DNA of 64,000 nt. Source: Scyliorhinus canicula. Its lineage: Eukaryota. Position numbers and translations under genes: made by a program. A model generated the notes under the pieces. It did no database searches. It was not told the DNA's origin and saw nothing but the letters and a program-made list of their open reading frames with translations. Each line of letters starts with the position of its first letter. Within the stretch, counting starts at the first letter, position 1. The stretch is from assembly GCF_902713615.1 (NCBI RefSeq), contig NC_052173.1, forward strand, positions 19,383,053-19,447,052, in the 5' to 3' direction. Positions 36,241-48,111 of this stretch are shown here, piece by piece.

Positions 36241-36469
36241 TTAAAAAAAAATAAATTTAGAGTACCCAATTATTTTTTTCCAATTAAGGGGCAATTTAGC
36301 GTGGCCAATCCACCTAACCTGCACATCTTTGGGTTGTGGGGGTGAAACCCACGCAGACATGGGGAGAATGTGCAAACTCCACATGGACAGTGACCCAGAG
36401 CCGGGATCGAACCTGGGACCTCAGCGCTGTGAGGTAGCAGGGCTAACCCACTGCATCACCATGCTGCCC
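36241..36469 (-). mobile_element. V-domain SINE, short-tail type, 16-bp TSD with 1 mismatch
   Basis: ttcag(a/g)gaggcatctt at 36225-36240 and 36470-36485. Confidence 0.92.
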
Positions 36470-36946
36470 TTCAGGGAGGCATCTTGATGATTACTATTGA
36501 TGGATGTATCTGTAACTATAGTCTACATTGTTGGCTGCTTCTGTCAACAACAAAAAATTAATTGTGGGCCACTTAATGTGCTGGGATTTTATGCGATATA
36601 AGAAACATATGACTTTATAACTGGCATGAACCATGAGTTTGGACCCATCCATTTAGCTTGTTCAGATGACAACGCAATGCAAAAGCACACTGAGCTTCAA
36701 TTACACCTAAATGAAGGATGGACTGTACTGGATGTATAAATATTGTTGAGATCTGCCAGCATCATATCCTTTTGCCTGGGAATCGAGAGCATCTTACTGC
36801 AAAATTGCAGTATATCTGCTAGTTAAACCTTGTGGCACTTGATCATAGATAATGGAACCTGGACAGGAGTCGGTGAGCTCTCGATGAAGGTTGTGATGGA
36901 ATTCATTCCAATATTCGTTTTACCTTTGGCTATTTTCGCTCCACAG

Positions 36947-37063
36947 GGGCTGGGTCTCTATGCAGCCAAAGATCTTGAGAAGCACACGATGGTGATTGAA
37001 TATATAGGGACAATCATTCGCAATGAGGTTGCAAACCGCAGGGAGAAATTGTACGAGACTCAG
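36947..37063 (+). CDS. KMT2D: KMT2D SET exon (GLGLYAAKDLEKHTMVIEYIG...YETQ)
   Basis: ccacag acceptor, CAG|gtatgg donor, 117 nt phase 0/0. AAKDLEKH is KMT2D-type (KMT2C has AARDIEKH). Confidence 0.96.
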
Positions 37064-37627
37064 GTATGGATTAACCACATCGCCGTGCACAGTGTTGCAT
37101 ACTGCTTTAAACACAATTGCTGAGACAAACTTCAATGAATAGGGCTATTGAATAACTGTTATTTTCAAATCATTGAAATCTGTAGGTGCTAAAATTATTT
37201 CCCATATTTAAAATAGAAAGAAACATCATTTTGTATTGAAATTTCAATACCAACAGTTCACATTGCCCCACCAAATTTGAATGGCTACCCAGTTTGCACC
37301 TTTCATTGGTAAATCATGGCCTTATGACTAATCTTGCAATCTCAGCCATGCTGCTATGGCTAGTTGCCATGTAGAATTCGGGTGCTTCCCTTCGGGGAGA
37401 AATGTCATCTGCTTTGGGTTCATTTTTGCACACCATTCAGCACCCAGTTTCAGAGCAACATTGGGGGCCCTGGAACAGGTTGGCCGTCCTTAGTTGGGAC
37501 GTTGTATTTGCCACAGGAAAATCCAAGCAAGATGTTGATATATGGTAAAATTATGTTCTGTTTATGTCCATTTCAAAAGGGAAATGGATAAATATTTGAA
37601 AATGAAACATGTAAAAAGCTATAGGCA

Positions 37628-37853
37628 GGGCAGCACGATAGCGCAGTGGTTAGCATTGCTGCCTCACGGCGCTGAGGTCCCAGGTTCGATCCCGGCTCTG
37701 GGTCACTGTCCGTGTGGAGTTTGCACATTCTCCCCGTGTTTGCGTGGGTTTCGTCCCCACAACCCAAAGATGTGCAGGGTAGGTGGATTGGCCACACTAA
37801 ATTGCCCCTTAATTGGAAAAAATGAATTGTGTACTCTAAATTTTAAAAAAAAA
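37628..37853 (+). mobile_element. V-domain SINE, short-tail type
   Basis: gggcagcacg head, A box, B box ggttcgatccc, V core, A tail. Confidence 0.9.
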
Positions 37854-39443
37854 ACTATGGGCAGGAAAATGGGACTAAGTGAAATCACCTCTTCAGAGAA
37901 ATGATACAGGCAGATATGAACTCCCCACTGAGCCCATGTGGTTGGATTCTATGATTGTATGAGAAATACAGTTGTTAACTTGAATTAATCCTAATAAATG
38001 TCCGATCTTAATATCGGTGCGACTATCTGGCTTGTGTCTGAATGATGCAATATCATCTTTTAAATGCAATGGTGAATGCTATACTCGTGTCTAAAATGTA
38101 CACACCATGTATATGAGGTTATGTTATAAATATTAAGTTAAGTACATACAAAATATCATGCTGTCATATGTAAATATATCACAAGTTTAAATCATCTTCA
38201 CAACCTATATTGGAGAATGCACGTTGGATTGTATGCTAATAGCTTGAGCTATTCAAGTTTCTGCAGCTCTTGTGTTGCCCGTATCCCAAAGAATGGCTGC
38301 ACGATTGCCAGGATGCCTTCCTTGGGGTCATTCTGGTCTGTATTTTGTTAACCTACTGCTAATTTTCCCACCAGTACTGTGTTTCCTGGTGTTGAAGCTG
38401 ATTCAGATAACGCTCTCAGAACCAAGAAAATGAAGTGATAGAGATACTATAGTGAATCAGCAATGCTGAGAATGAGCAAGTCAGTCAGCTTCTCTAAAGA
38501 GGAAAGACAGGTTAATGTTTTGAGTGCAAGGCATTTCTCCAGGACTCTGGTCTTGCACTGGGATGTTGACCTTTATACAAAGGGGCTGACTGACTCGTGT
38601 TTTTCTGACACTTTCTCTTTGTTCGCAATATTTTTAAGCTGCTACAGTTGTGTTACAAAGAATAGAGAAAACCAAAAAGGATGAGGAATGTGGTAAAAGA
38701 AAAACTGGGGCATGGAACATGACACATTTTTATAGGAAAGATAGGAGAAAAATGGAACATTCAATCACCCTTTAATTCCTTACTTAATGGGTATTATGCA
38801 GCATCTCAATTTCCTTGTTGTGGCGACCAGAATATGCCATTAGCTCAATCAAGATTTGGTGATGTTCCATGGTCTCATGCTCCAGGAATATTGAAAAACA
38901 AATTGGTTGTTAGTTGAGTTTGGGATATGATATTGACTTCAGTCTTTCTGCCACAGTACTGATAAGAGCTGAAAACAAAACTGTCAAAAAGAAAGTCCCA
39001 GCTTGCTGCTTTTTGGGGTGGTTTGGCACCCAAGGGAATTACAAGCATCTTGTGTATTTTGTTTGTCTATAGGTTTGATTGGAAATTCTTTGAGCACAAG
39101 GCACATATTAAAGTTTCTGTTGCCTTAGTTGTCTTATCTTTTTGAAGTACTTTACTTTCAAAAGAAAAATGTTTCTTGAAAGCTGTCGGATATAGGCTAG
39201 AGAGATTCTGTCAGAAACAAACCAACATAATAAGACCATAAGATATAGGAGCAGAATTAGGCCATTCGGCCCATCAAGTCTGCTCTGCCATTCAATCATG
39301 GCTGATATTTTTCCCATCCCCATTCTCCTGCCGTCTCCCCATTACCCCGATTTATAATCAGTCTAAATACTAGCGAGTACAGACCCAGAGTCCTCAGTCG
39401 TTCCTCATATGACGAGCTCATCATTCCACGTTAATAGTTTTTT

Positions 39444-39660
39444 AAAAATAAATTTAGAGTACCCAACTTTTTTTTCCAATTAAGGAGCAATTTAGTGTGC
39501 CCAATCCACCTACCCTGCACATCTTTGGGTTGTGGGGGTGAGACCCACGCAGACACAGGGAATGTGCAAACTCCACATGGACAGTGACCCAGAGCCAGGA
39601 TTCGAACCCGGGTCCTCAGCGCCGTAGTCCCAATGCTAACCACTGCGCCACATGCTGCCC
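39444..39660 (-). mobile_element. V-domain SINE, short-tail type, following a minus-strand CR1 tail (~39225-39430)
   Basis: V core; TSD gttaatagt. Confidence 0.85.
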
Positions 39661-40112
39661 TCAGGTTAATAGTGGTTAATGTTCGTCAGGGACTTTGACA
39701 CAATCTAGTTTAACTTGTAGTTCAGCAAGGCAGAAGAGACTGTTACTTTTTTTATTAGGTCTGAGTGTGTCCTGTAAATCTACAGTATGTTCATTTGTTA
39801 TGACCATGGATGATGTCTGATAGGATCTCGTTTGGGAACAGTTAACTACTTGTTTTAAAGTAGATAATTTTTGATATTCAGTTCACTTGCTTAGAGAATA
39901 AAGCCACAAGATACCTTGGGTTCTGAGCAAATAAAATATAAATTTTACACGGTCAGAAAGATAAAACTATTTACAATATCCACCTCATATTTAACATTCA
40001 AAATTAATATGAGATACGTATGAATTAACAGACAAACAATGGTCAAACACACGACACTGCACAGTAAATACCAGTGATGTGGAGATGCCCGTGTTGGACT
40101 GGAGTGAGCACA

Positions 40113-40295
40113 GTAAGAAGCCTTACAACACCAGGTTAAAGTCCAACAGGTTTGTTTCAAACACTAGCTTTCGGAGCACTGCTCCTTCCTCAGGTGAAGG
40201 AGCTCTTCATTCACCTGAGGAAGTAGCAGCGCTCTGAAAGCTAGTGTTTGAAACAAACCTATTGGACTTTAACCTGGGATTGTAAGACTTCTTAC
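40113..40295. ncRNA. Penelope-derived palindrome with two minimal type I hammerhead ribozyme motifs (minus 40156-40198, plus 40206-40252)
   Basis: 86-bp inverted arms. Minus copy reads cac-CUGAGGA-a-GGAGC-agu-GCUCC-GAAA-gc-UA-gug. Confidence 0.7.
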
Positions 40296-40936
40296 GACAG
40301 TATGGTAAGTTTGGATCACGTTAACACATTGCATCTATTCATTTCATTTACTGTTTGGTACTTTATGACCTCATTCTTAGTTTGAGATCTTAGGATGGTA
40401 CAAGTGCAATAGCTTTGTTAATTTGCAAGGTGCACACCTAGATCTCAAAGCAAGGATATGGGACTTGCCCATAAGAGTGATCCACGGTGTACATGATGGC
40501 TAAAATAATCAAAAGGAAGATGATTGTAAAAGATCCCAAAATTATTACTGGGAATGAGGATCACCTATAGAGTGGTCTGAGACATCGAACCCAAGAAACA
40601 CTTTCAGACTACCAATCCTTAAATTGGAACATTCCTCGTCCAAAAATGTCCAAATGTCATAGTAAATCATTCCTGCCAACTGCCACTGCAAACGGTACAT
40701 TAGTGATGTCGTGCAGAGGGTGCCCCTCTGACCCGATCTCTATCCTCCCTCTGGCTGCACATGTTGAGCTTTGTCATTGAAAGTAGAGCCCCATAGCTCA
40801 CAGAAATGCACAAGTTTTAATTGAAATATGGAGTTTCATCAATACTGAAAATTTTGGGTACTCTATAGCTTTATGAAAGAGGGATGAACAAGACTAGTCG
40901 AAGATCAGAAGCTAAATTTGTTTTATTTTTTCCCAG

Positions 40937-41010
40937 AATCGAGGTGTTTATATGTTTCGGATTAATAATGAACATGTGATTGATGCTACTTTAACCGGAG
41001 GCCCGGCCAG
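40937..41010 (+). CDS. KMT2D: KMT2D SET exon (NRGVYMFRINNEHVIDATLTGGPAR)
   Basis: tcccag acceptor, AG|gtaagt donor, phase 0/2. Confidence 0.96.
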
Positions 41011-41457
41011 GTAAGTGACAGTTTCTGTTGAGATGGCATCGGCAAGAATGATTTTCTAATTGAATTGGAATCATTTTATATGGTAATTCTTGATGTTTCT
41101 AGTAATTGACAAGTTAGGGTTTTGAATTTTTTGTGCCTTCTCGTCAGGATATGGAACTCTTATCCCCTTAGTCTCTATTCCCTTTCCTTGCTGCCCCAAT
41201 CTACACAACCTTTGCGTCCCAGAGAATAGCAGGAAAACCTACTTCTAGGCCATCAGCAGTCTCGCCAGAAGGGTGACCTTGAATGGCAATGACACGACTT
41301 TGGGATTTATTTCATGCTCCTCATTTTGCAGTTGGTTGTATTATGAAAATGTCCCTACTTGACAACATTTTTTTTCCCTCTTATTGCATTTGGTGCTGTT
41401 AACTTGCCCCCTTTCTTTTTAAAAAAAAATATACTTTCACCTTTTTCTCCTGTGCAG

Positions 41458-41566
41458 ATATATCAATCATTCCTGTGCCCCCAACTGTGTGGCAGAGGTT
41501 GTGACGTTTGACAAGGAAGACAAAATAATCATTATCTCAAGCAGACGAATCCCAAAAGGAGAGGAG
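41458..41566 (+). CDS. KMT2D: KMT2D SET exon (YINHSCAPNCVAEVVTFDKEDKIIIISSRRIPKGEE)
   Basis: tgcag acceptor, GAG|gtgagt donor, phase 2/0. NHSC SAM-binding motif; FDKEDK and RRIPKG are KMT2D-type. Confidence 0.97.
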
Positions 41567-42258
41567 GTGAGTGCTAAACGTTATTGCAAACTTGGCTGAG
41601 AATTAAGAAGAGAAATGCACAGTGTTACAGAAAATCCTAGTGTTTGCTTGAATCTTTTGTCTCCTGCTGGTAGCTTAACCCAGGTTTTCGACAATGGAAA
41701 AATCAGATAGATATTGTCACTTTTAGAAAATGTATGCAGTACTTTCATTGTGTTAGATTCCTTTTTCCAACAATGTGCATAACCCTGCATAAGAGCTGTT
41801 GCACAGCATGTAGAACCACCAAGTTCTAATTACATACTACTGGAATATCTTGCCTCTAACCTGAGCTTCTGGGCCATTTCTGACCAGCTAGCCCCCTCCA
41901 CAAAGTATCCACATACTACTTGAAAATAGTAGTTCAATGGTGTTAATGTGTGCTTGCATGGTACAAAATACCCCATCTGATTGAAATGGAGAACAGCATA
42001 AGTGTGATGTACATTTCAGCTAATCAGCTTCAGTATGAAATAATGTAGGTGTGGATAACTCTAGTGAAACGGTCTATTGTTGAATATTGCACTGCTTAAA
42101 ATCTTCGATGCAAAGTTACAGATCATTTATTTTGCTCATCTGGGAAGCTTTATAGTAGTTCCAACAACAACAGAATCAAAAATGTATCAGTTGATGCCTG
42201 AATGTTGACTGTTCATTTTCCATCTTCTGCCTTTTAATAATGTTCTTTTTCTTTCCAG

Positions 42259-42351
42259 CTGACTTATGACTATAAGTTTGATTTTGAAGACGATCAGCAC
42301 AAGATTCCATGTCATTGTGGAGCTCTCAATTGCAGAAAGTGGATGAACTAA
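42259..42351 (+). CDS. KMT2D: KMT2D terminal coding exon, SET end and post-SET ([30 protein letters not shown])
   Basis: ttccag acceptor, post-SET CxCx4C, TAA stop at 42349-42351. Confidence 0.97.
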   Translation: MTYDYKFDFEDDQHKIPCHCGALNCRKWMN

Positions 42352-45205
42352 AACATTTAGAGCAATTTTAGCTGGTTCAGAATTCACAATTACAGATAGT
42401 TCAGAATTGTGGACTTAGTATCTGGTATACGCCGAGAAATCATTTTGACAGATATTGCTACATGGAGTCTCGCAGCAAAATTATGGAGATGGGAAAAGTC
42501 TCACTAGTTTACAAAGAAGTATTTACCAAATTTCATGTTGAACAATATCTGTAGTTGGGAGATAGTGTAGTGATCTTGTTAATCTCTTATGTGCAGAACC
42601 TTTTAACAACATTTAGTGCACAATGAGATACGAAAACTAATGGACTGAGCAGGTGTACAGAGATATTAAGATACACAGCCAACGACTGTGTTTCCTGCCA
42701 GGCCTGTGGGTTGCTTCTGAATGTAATCTATGGTTTTTTTTGTCTATGGTGCCCGCAAGAGAAAGAGAGAGAGACTATGAGAATCTCTCATTGTGCAGAC
42801 CTTTTCTGATGGGACAACCTTAAGGGCAGATTGTGTTTCTGTTCTAATGAAGTCCAGTCAAAGGAGGGAAGATTGAGACCACAAAATCCACCAGCTTTCC
42901 TATCTCTGCTGGAGGGTAGGGGGGTCTCTGACTTTAGACATGTGTACTACATCTCAAGGTGAAAGGGAATGAGGTTTTCATCTGACCAGTTTTTTTTTAA
43001 ATACAAGTATGTTTGAACATTGCGGGTATAAGTAAAATTGACACAAGTTGTGTTTTTTATATGGGAGGCGGGTGACTTGAAACCAAGGCAGCGATTTAAG
43101 CAGCACTCCTTAAAAACAGCAGAGTTTTAAAGAGATGGTGTCCATTGGGTGTGATAAATTTGAATGCATTAATAGATTTGGATTTTCCACACTGTTTGCC
43201 CGAATTGTATGCTGGAGAATTAGTGTGGGATTTCTTGCTTGCAAGATTTTTGGTTACTTTGCCAGAATCAGCAATGTTGACTTTTTAAGCAACAGTCCCT
43301 TTTTTGTGTGTTTATTACTATCACCAGATTGAAGTTTATTTGAAAGGAATTTCACTCCATAATTGACCAAAACCTAAAAAGTGGAAAGACATAATGAAGT
43401 AAACTTGGTAGAAACTGAGAAATTTGAAGCGTCCATCCATGTTGGCCACCACATGTAAAATCTGGGTGACTATCTCGGAAATGTTGATCTTCTATACATT
43501 GTTACTGAAAAGTAAATGTGCAAAAGATACCTTTTGAAAGACAATCCATATTAGTAAGAACTCACTAGGACCAGTTGAATGGTTCTCTGTTGGGGATTTA
43601 CTGGAAACAACTTAATATATTGAGTCTCTGGGGCTGGCACAGACCATTCTACTACTGTTAGCAATGAGATCTGGTTTTAACTGTCCAGTTGGAAACTAGG
43701 GTTCAAATTGATAAATTGACCAGCTCCCAACTCTGAATCTGAACGATCCCTAAGGATCCTGACAATACGTTTCCATGATTGGTGACGTTTTTCTCCAACA
43801 TTTATATTGTTTCCAAAGTAGAAGCAACAACGCACCAGTCATACACGGCTATCTTAATTTAGACGATCAGGACCTATAACCCCAATTATAAGTCCTCAGT
43901 TGCTGATCAATAATGTAAAACATAAGTGAAAATGAGGGTGGCACTTGACTTGGTCTTGAGCCACCTCAATCCTGATCAGTCATAATCGACAGGCGAGTGA
44001 GTGGCTAGGGCATTTGATTCAACGCACAAACGGACTCTCTCTGAAATCTCTTGCAGAGGAGACTTGCACTGAAGGATTTCTCACCTACTTGATTCCACAA
44101 GTCATTTTACTGTAGTTTTGTTCCTGTAATATATATATAAAAGTGTGAATTTTATTCGGAACAGTAGGATAGGTCTGGATGGGGGAGATTTTTTTTATTG
44201 GCGCGATTCATTGAAAGCTGCTGCCCCCACTACATCTTCTCCACACTGCAATTGTAAAAATGTAAATAGAAAACTTGTAGAAATCTCCAAAGCAGAAACC
44301 ACTGGATCAGATTCTCATTCGTACAAATGAACGGTTGGTATTGGTGATATAAAATAGCTGCTGGTTGGATTGAAGCAGGGAAGATATTAGCATGCAATGA
44401 GAAGATTCTAGGTAATATAGATCATGTTAGATAAATTTAAGCTTACAGTGTTTTACTGTTTTTATAATAAACACTGATTTCACCCCTCCAACTGACAGGA
44501 GCAGGGGCGTCTTTTAATGGAAGATTCTAATTTAAAAATGGGGCATTTATTCATTTGAACTGAAAATGTCCACAGAGCCCTAATGCATTGTGGGATCCCA
44601 CTTCCCTGCCCACCATAGTTGGGGAGGTTCCAGTCACGTAATGTATTGTTGGAACGTGCTCAGTTAACAAATGAAGATGTCCTATTTGCAGTAAAGCCTT
44701 GTTCATACTGTTTACACTCTGAGCTAGGTATTTTGTGGTGCATTTTATCCTTGCAATTGGGGCAAAAACAAAAACAGAGATTTCTGAGTATTTTTTAATG
44801 AAAAAGTAAAGTTCCAGATTATGAAAGTTTTTTTTTGTTTGTGTTGTGTGCATTCTGTACAGCAAATGTTGTCACTGGTAATGAATTAAAATTATCCTTT
44901 TTTTATTGTATGTGGCATGTTTTTTTTTGTACTGAACATAAGTTGAATTGTATATAATTTATGTCGAAGAGCCGAGGTGTTTCTTGACTATGTATTAAAT
45001 TTCCTGCAGGAATAAGCTTATTCTGTACATCCCTGGTACATGTAGAGACCGTTTCTGATCATGTTGGCTAGATTGTACAAACCTTTTTTAAATACAAATG
45101 TAGCATCTTTGCATTACTGTATGATAAATAGGAACATCTGTTCCTACAGAGGTGAATTTACTGCATTAAAACTGTTTGAAATAAAATCATTCTTGGCCTA
45201 CATTT
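42352..45205 (+). other. KMT2D: Putative KMT2D 3' UTR
   Basis: Follows the stop codon; AU-rich with no recognisable repeats; ends at AATAAA plus a U/GU-rich downstream tract, after which LINE fragments resume. Confidence 0.65.
45180..45185 (+). terminator. Polyadenylation signal AATAAA with downstream U/GU-rich element (tttatttgtcttgtgtt, ~45203-45219)
   Basis: Canonical hexamer and downstream-element spacing, with upstream UGUA motifs. Confidence 0.65.
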
Positions 45206-45879
45206 ATTTGTCTTGTGTTAGAGTAGAAGAGAACTTAGTCTGCCATGGTAAAAAGACATACTGAAGAGCATCTCTTTGCATGGTGAATGGACTTTGATAC
45301 TTATAATTTGGACAATTTCCTTGGCACAAATCTAATTAATGTGGGTTGATGGTCGATAGATATTTGTGGATCTGAAATTTAACATGGAAAAATACAAGTG
45401 GGGTGATCAAACTTTGAAAGCAGCAGAGACACTTGGGGCTTTAGATACACCTTCACAAGTGAGATACGGTAAATAATTAAAAGGTACATGCAGGATTCTA
45501 GGCTTCATAAATAAGTGCTTTGAATACAAGATGAAAGAGGTAGTGCGAAGCCTATATATTAAAAACATAATTGATTAGGCGACAATTACTGTGTCTTGTT
45601 TTGGATAATTTACTTCAATATACAAAAAGGGTGGAGCATCTCCTCTGCACACCGTTCCTTTAAGAAAGTATCGAAGTGCATCCTCTTCAAAAGGACGAGG
45701 AAAACACTCTTGTATGGTCGAATTGTAAACCTTGAATATATTTGTCCAATAGAAAATAAAACCAATGCTGGAAATACTCAGGAAGCCAGGCAGCATCTGG
45801 AGAGAGAGACAGAGTTAGTGCATCAGGTCAGTGACCCTTCAACAAAATGGTGGATCTTGGGATCTTGTATATTGAAGTA

Positions 45880-46310
45880 AGATATCCAAAACAAATTTTT
45901 AAAAAATGTAAAATATTTTTATTCGCCATATCTTCATTTTCACCATACAAAAACAACCTCAACAGTATGTAAAAAGAGACAATCCCATCCCCCAACCCAA
46001 AAAAACCTCTACCTTCAATCTCTTCCCTCCCTCCCGCCCTCAACAGTCAACCGTAACCAACTCCTGGAAGTGCATAATAAACAAACCTCATGAATTGTAG
46101 AACCCCTCCTTCACACCCTCAGCTCAAACTTCAACTTCTCCAGGGTCAAAAACTGGAGCGGGTCCCCCACCACGCCGAGGGACAGGATGAAGAGACTGAC
46201 CTTTACCCCAACAGGACCCACCTGTGAGTGATCAGTGAGGCGAAGGCTAAAACGTCTGTCCCACATCCACCTCGGGCCAGTCCAACACCCTCAATATGGC
46301 TTCTGGGGAG
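45880..46310 (-). mobile_element. L1/Tx1 3' fragment
   Basis: Homologous to the 3' end of the L1s at 4440-4750 and 28200-28620; AATAAA and A tail on the minus strand. Confidence 0.65.
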
Positions 46311-46801
46311 TGTGAATAAATTTTGCCTAGCAGTTTTGAATTTGGATCAAGCAAAAAGTTTATTTCACGGGATTTAGGTGTCGCTGGCTCAGCCAGCATT
46401 TATTGCCCATCCCTAATTTCCCTTGAGAAGGTGGTGGTGCGCTGCCACCTTCAACCACTGGAGTCACTGAGGTGCAGGTGCACCCACTGTGGATTAGTGA
46501 GCATAAGGGGTGATAGGGGAACGGGACTTGGCACGAGTTAAGACATGGGCAGAAAACCACTTCCGAATATTACACAAAATAAACATAATGGAAACCTTTA
46601 AATCATTACCTTTACAAGAGGCGTGAAAATAAAATAACAACAAAGAAATGGAAACCACAGTGGCGAATATCGAGTTTACAAAAATATGAAGGTAAGTGTA
46701 GGTATCTCCTGTTGTGGAATCAAAATAAAACTTATGTGCACCAATACACCTGTTACTGAAATCTTTTATACACCTGCAATGTTCACTGAACTCCAGAAGT
46801 G

Positions 46802-46996
46802 TTTTTTTTTAATTTAGAGTACCCAATTCTTTTTTTTCCCAATTAAGGGGTAATTTAGCGTGGCCAATCCACCTACCCTGCACATCTTCGGGCTGTGAGG
46901 GTGAGACCCACGCAGACACGGGGAGAATGTGCAAACTCCACACGGACAGTGACCCAGAGCCGGGATCGAACCTGGGACCTCGGCCACTGCACCGAG
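46802..46996 (-). mobile_element. V-domain SINE, short-tail type, 5' end abutting a poly-C run
   Basis: V core and tail, reverse complement. Confidence 0.85.
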
Positions 46997-47169
46997 GGCC
47001 CCCCCCCCCCCCCCCCCCCCCCCCCGAGGCATTTTTAATGAATTCAATGTGATTTTTATAGATTTCAGTTGATTTCCAAATTACATGCCTGCGATGAAGC
47101 TGCTTTTTTTTTAAATACATTTACGTAAACACACTTCTGTGGCAAAATTAAGTAAACAAATAGTTAAAA

Positions 47170-47700
47170 TCTGCAAAATTGTACGGATGCTGGAATCTGA
47201 TCTTTTTAAAAAGCAATGCGAGAAAAACACAACAGGTCTGGCAGCAGCTGTAGGGACAGAAAACTGTTAACACTTTGAGTCCGTTTGAATCCTCTTCAGA
47301 AGTACAGACGGAAAATTTGTTGGATATTATACTGTAGTTGAGAGATTAAAACAAAAATGTAGCGAACTTGAGAATAAGGAACAGATGGCCCAGTATTTTG
47401 GCAGGGGGGAGGGATTGCATTGAGACAGAAAAAATGTATGGGATATTTTAAAAAGTGGTTAAGATGGAGGAGAACGTTCTGTCTAAAGTTGTTGAATTTA
47501 ATGTTGAATCCTGAGGGCTGCAATGTGCCTCTTCCAGTTTGCGTTGGGCTTGACTGGAGCATTGCAGCAGGCCAAGGACAGACATATGGACATGGGAACA
47601 AGATGCAGAGTTAAAATAGCCGCAACAGGACTGAGACGGTGTTCTGCAAAGTCACCCAGTCTGCACTTAGTCTCCCCATTGTGGAGGGACCAGCGAACAT
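47170..47700 (-). mobile_element. Penelope-like element 3' remnant with a decayed hammerhead-like motif (~47263-47300)
   Basis: 'GETKCRLGDFAEHR' and 'GTLQPSGFNIKFNNFR' match the GIY-YIG remnant at 3672-7081. Confidence 0.7.
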
Positions 47701-47876
47701 AGGCTAAACAAATAGTTATTTGTAATACAAAGAACAATACAGCACAGGAAAAGGCACTTCAGCCCTCCAAGCCTGTACCAGTCATGATACCACCATTGGC
47801 CAAAACCCTCAGCTTCCTTGTGCCGTATCCCTCTATACCCATCCTATCCATGTGTTTGTCAAGATGCCTTTTGAGA

Positions 47877-48111
47877 GGGCAGCACGGTGGCCTAGTGGTT
47901 AGCACAACTGCCTCACGGCGCTGAGGTCCCAGGTTCGATCCCGGCTCTGGGTCACTGTCCGTGTGGAGTTTGCACATTCTCCCCGTGTCTGCATGGGTTT
48001 CGCCCCCTCAACCCAAAGATGTGCAGAGTAGGTGGATTGGCCACGCTAAATTGCCCCTTAATTGGAAAAAATAATTGGGTAATCTAAATTTATTTTTTAA
48101 AAAAATTTTTT
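47877..48111 (+). mobile_element. V-domain SINE, short-tail type, 14-bp TSD, inserted into a minus-strand CR1 tail (~47730-48265)
   Basis: TSD aagatgccttttga at 47861-47874 and 48112-48125. Confidence 0.93.

Noticed and set aside
3245-42351. Assignment as KMT2C
   Set aside because: Most diagnostic residues in FYRC, pre-SET and SET, and the compact upstream linker exons, match KMT2D.
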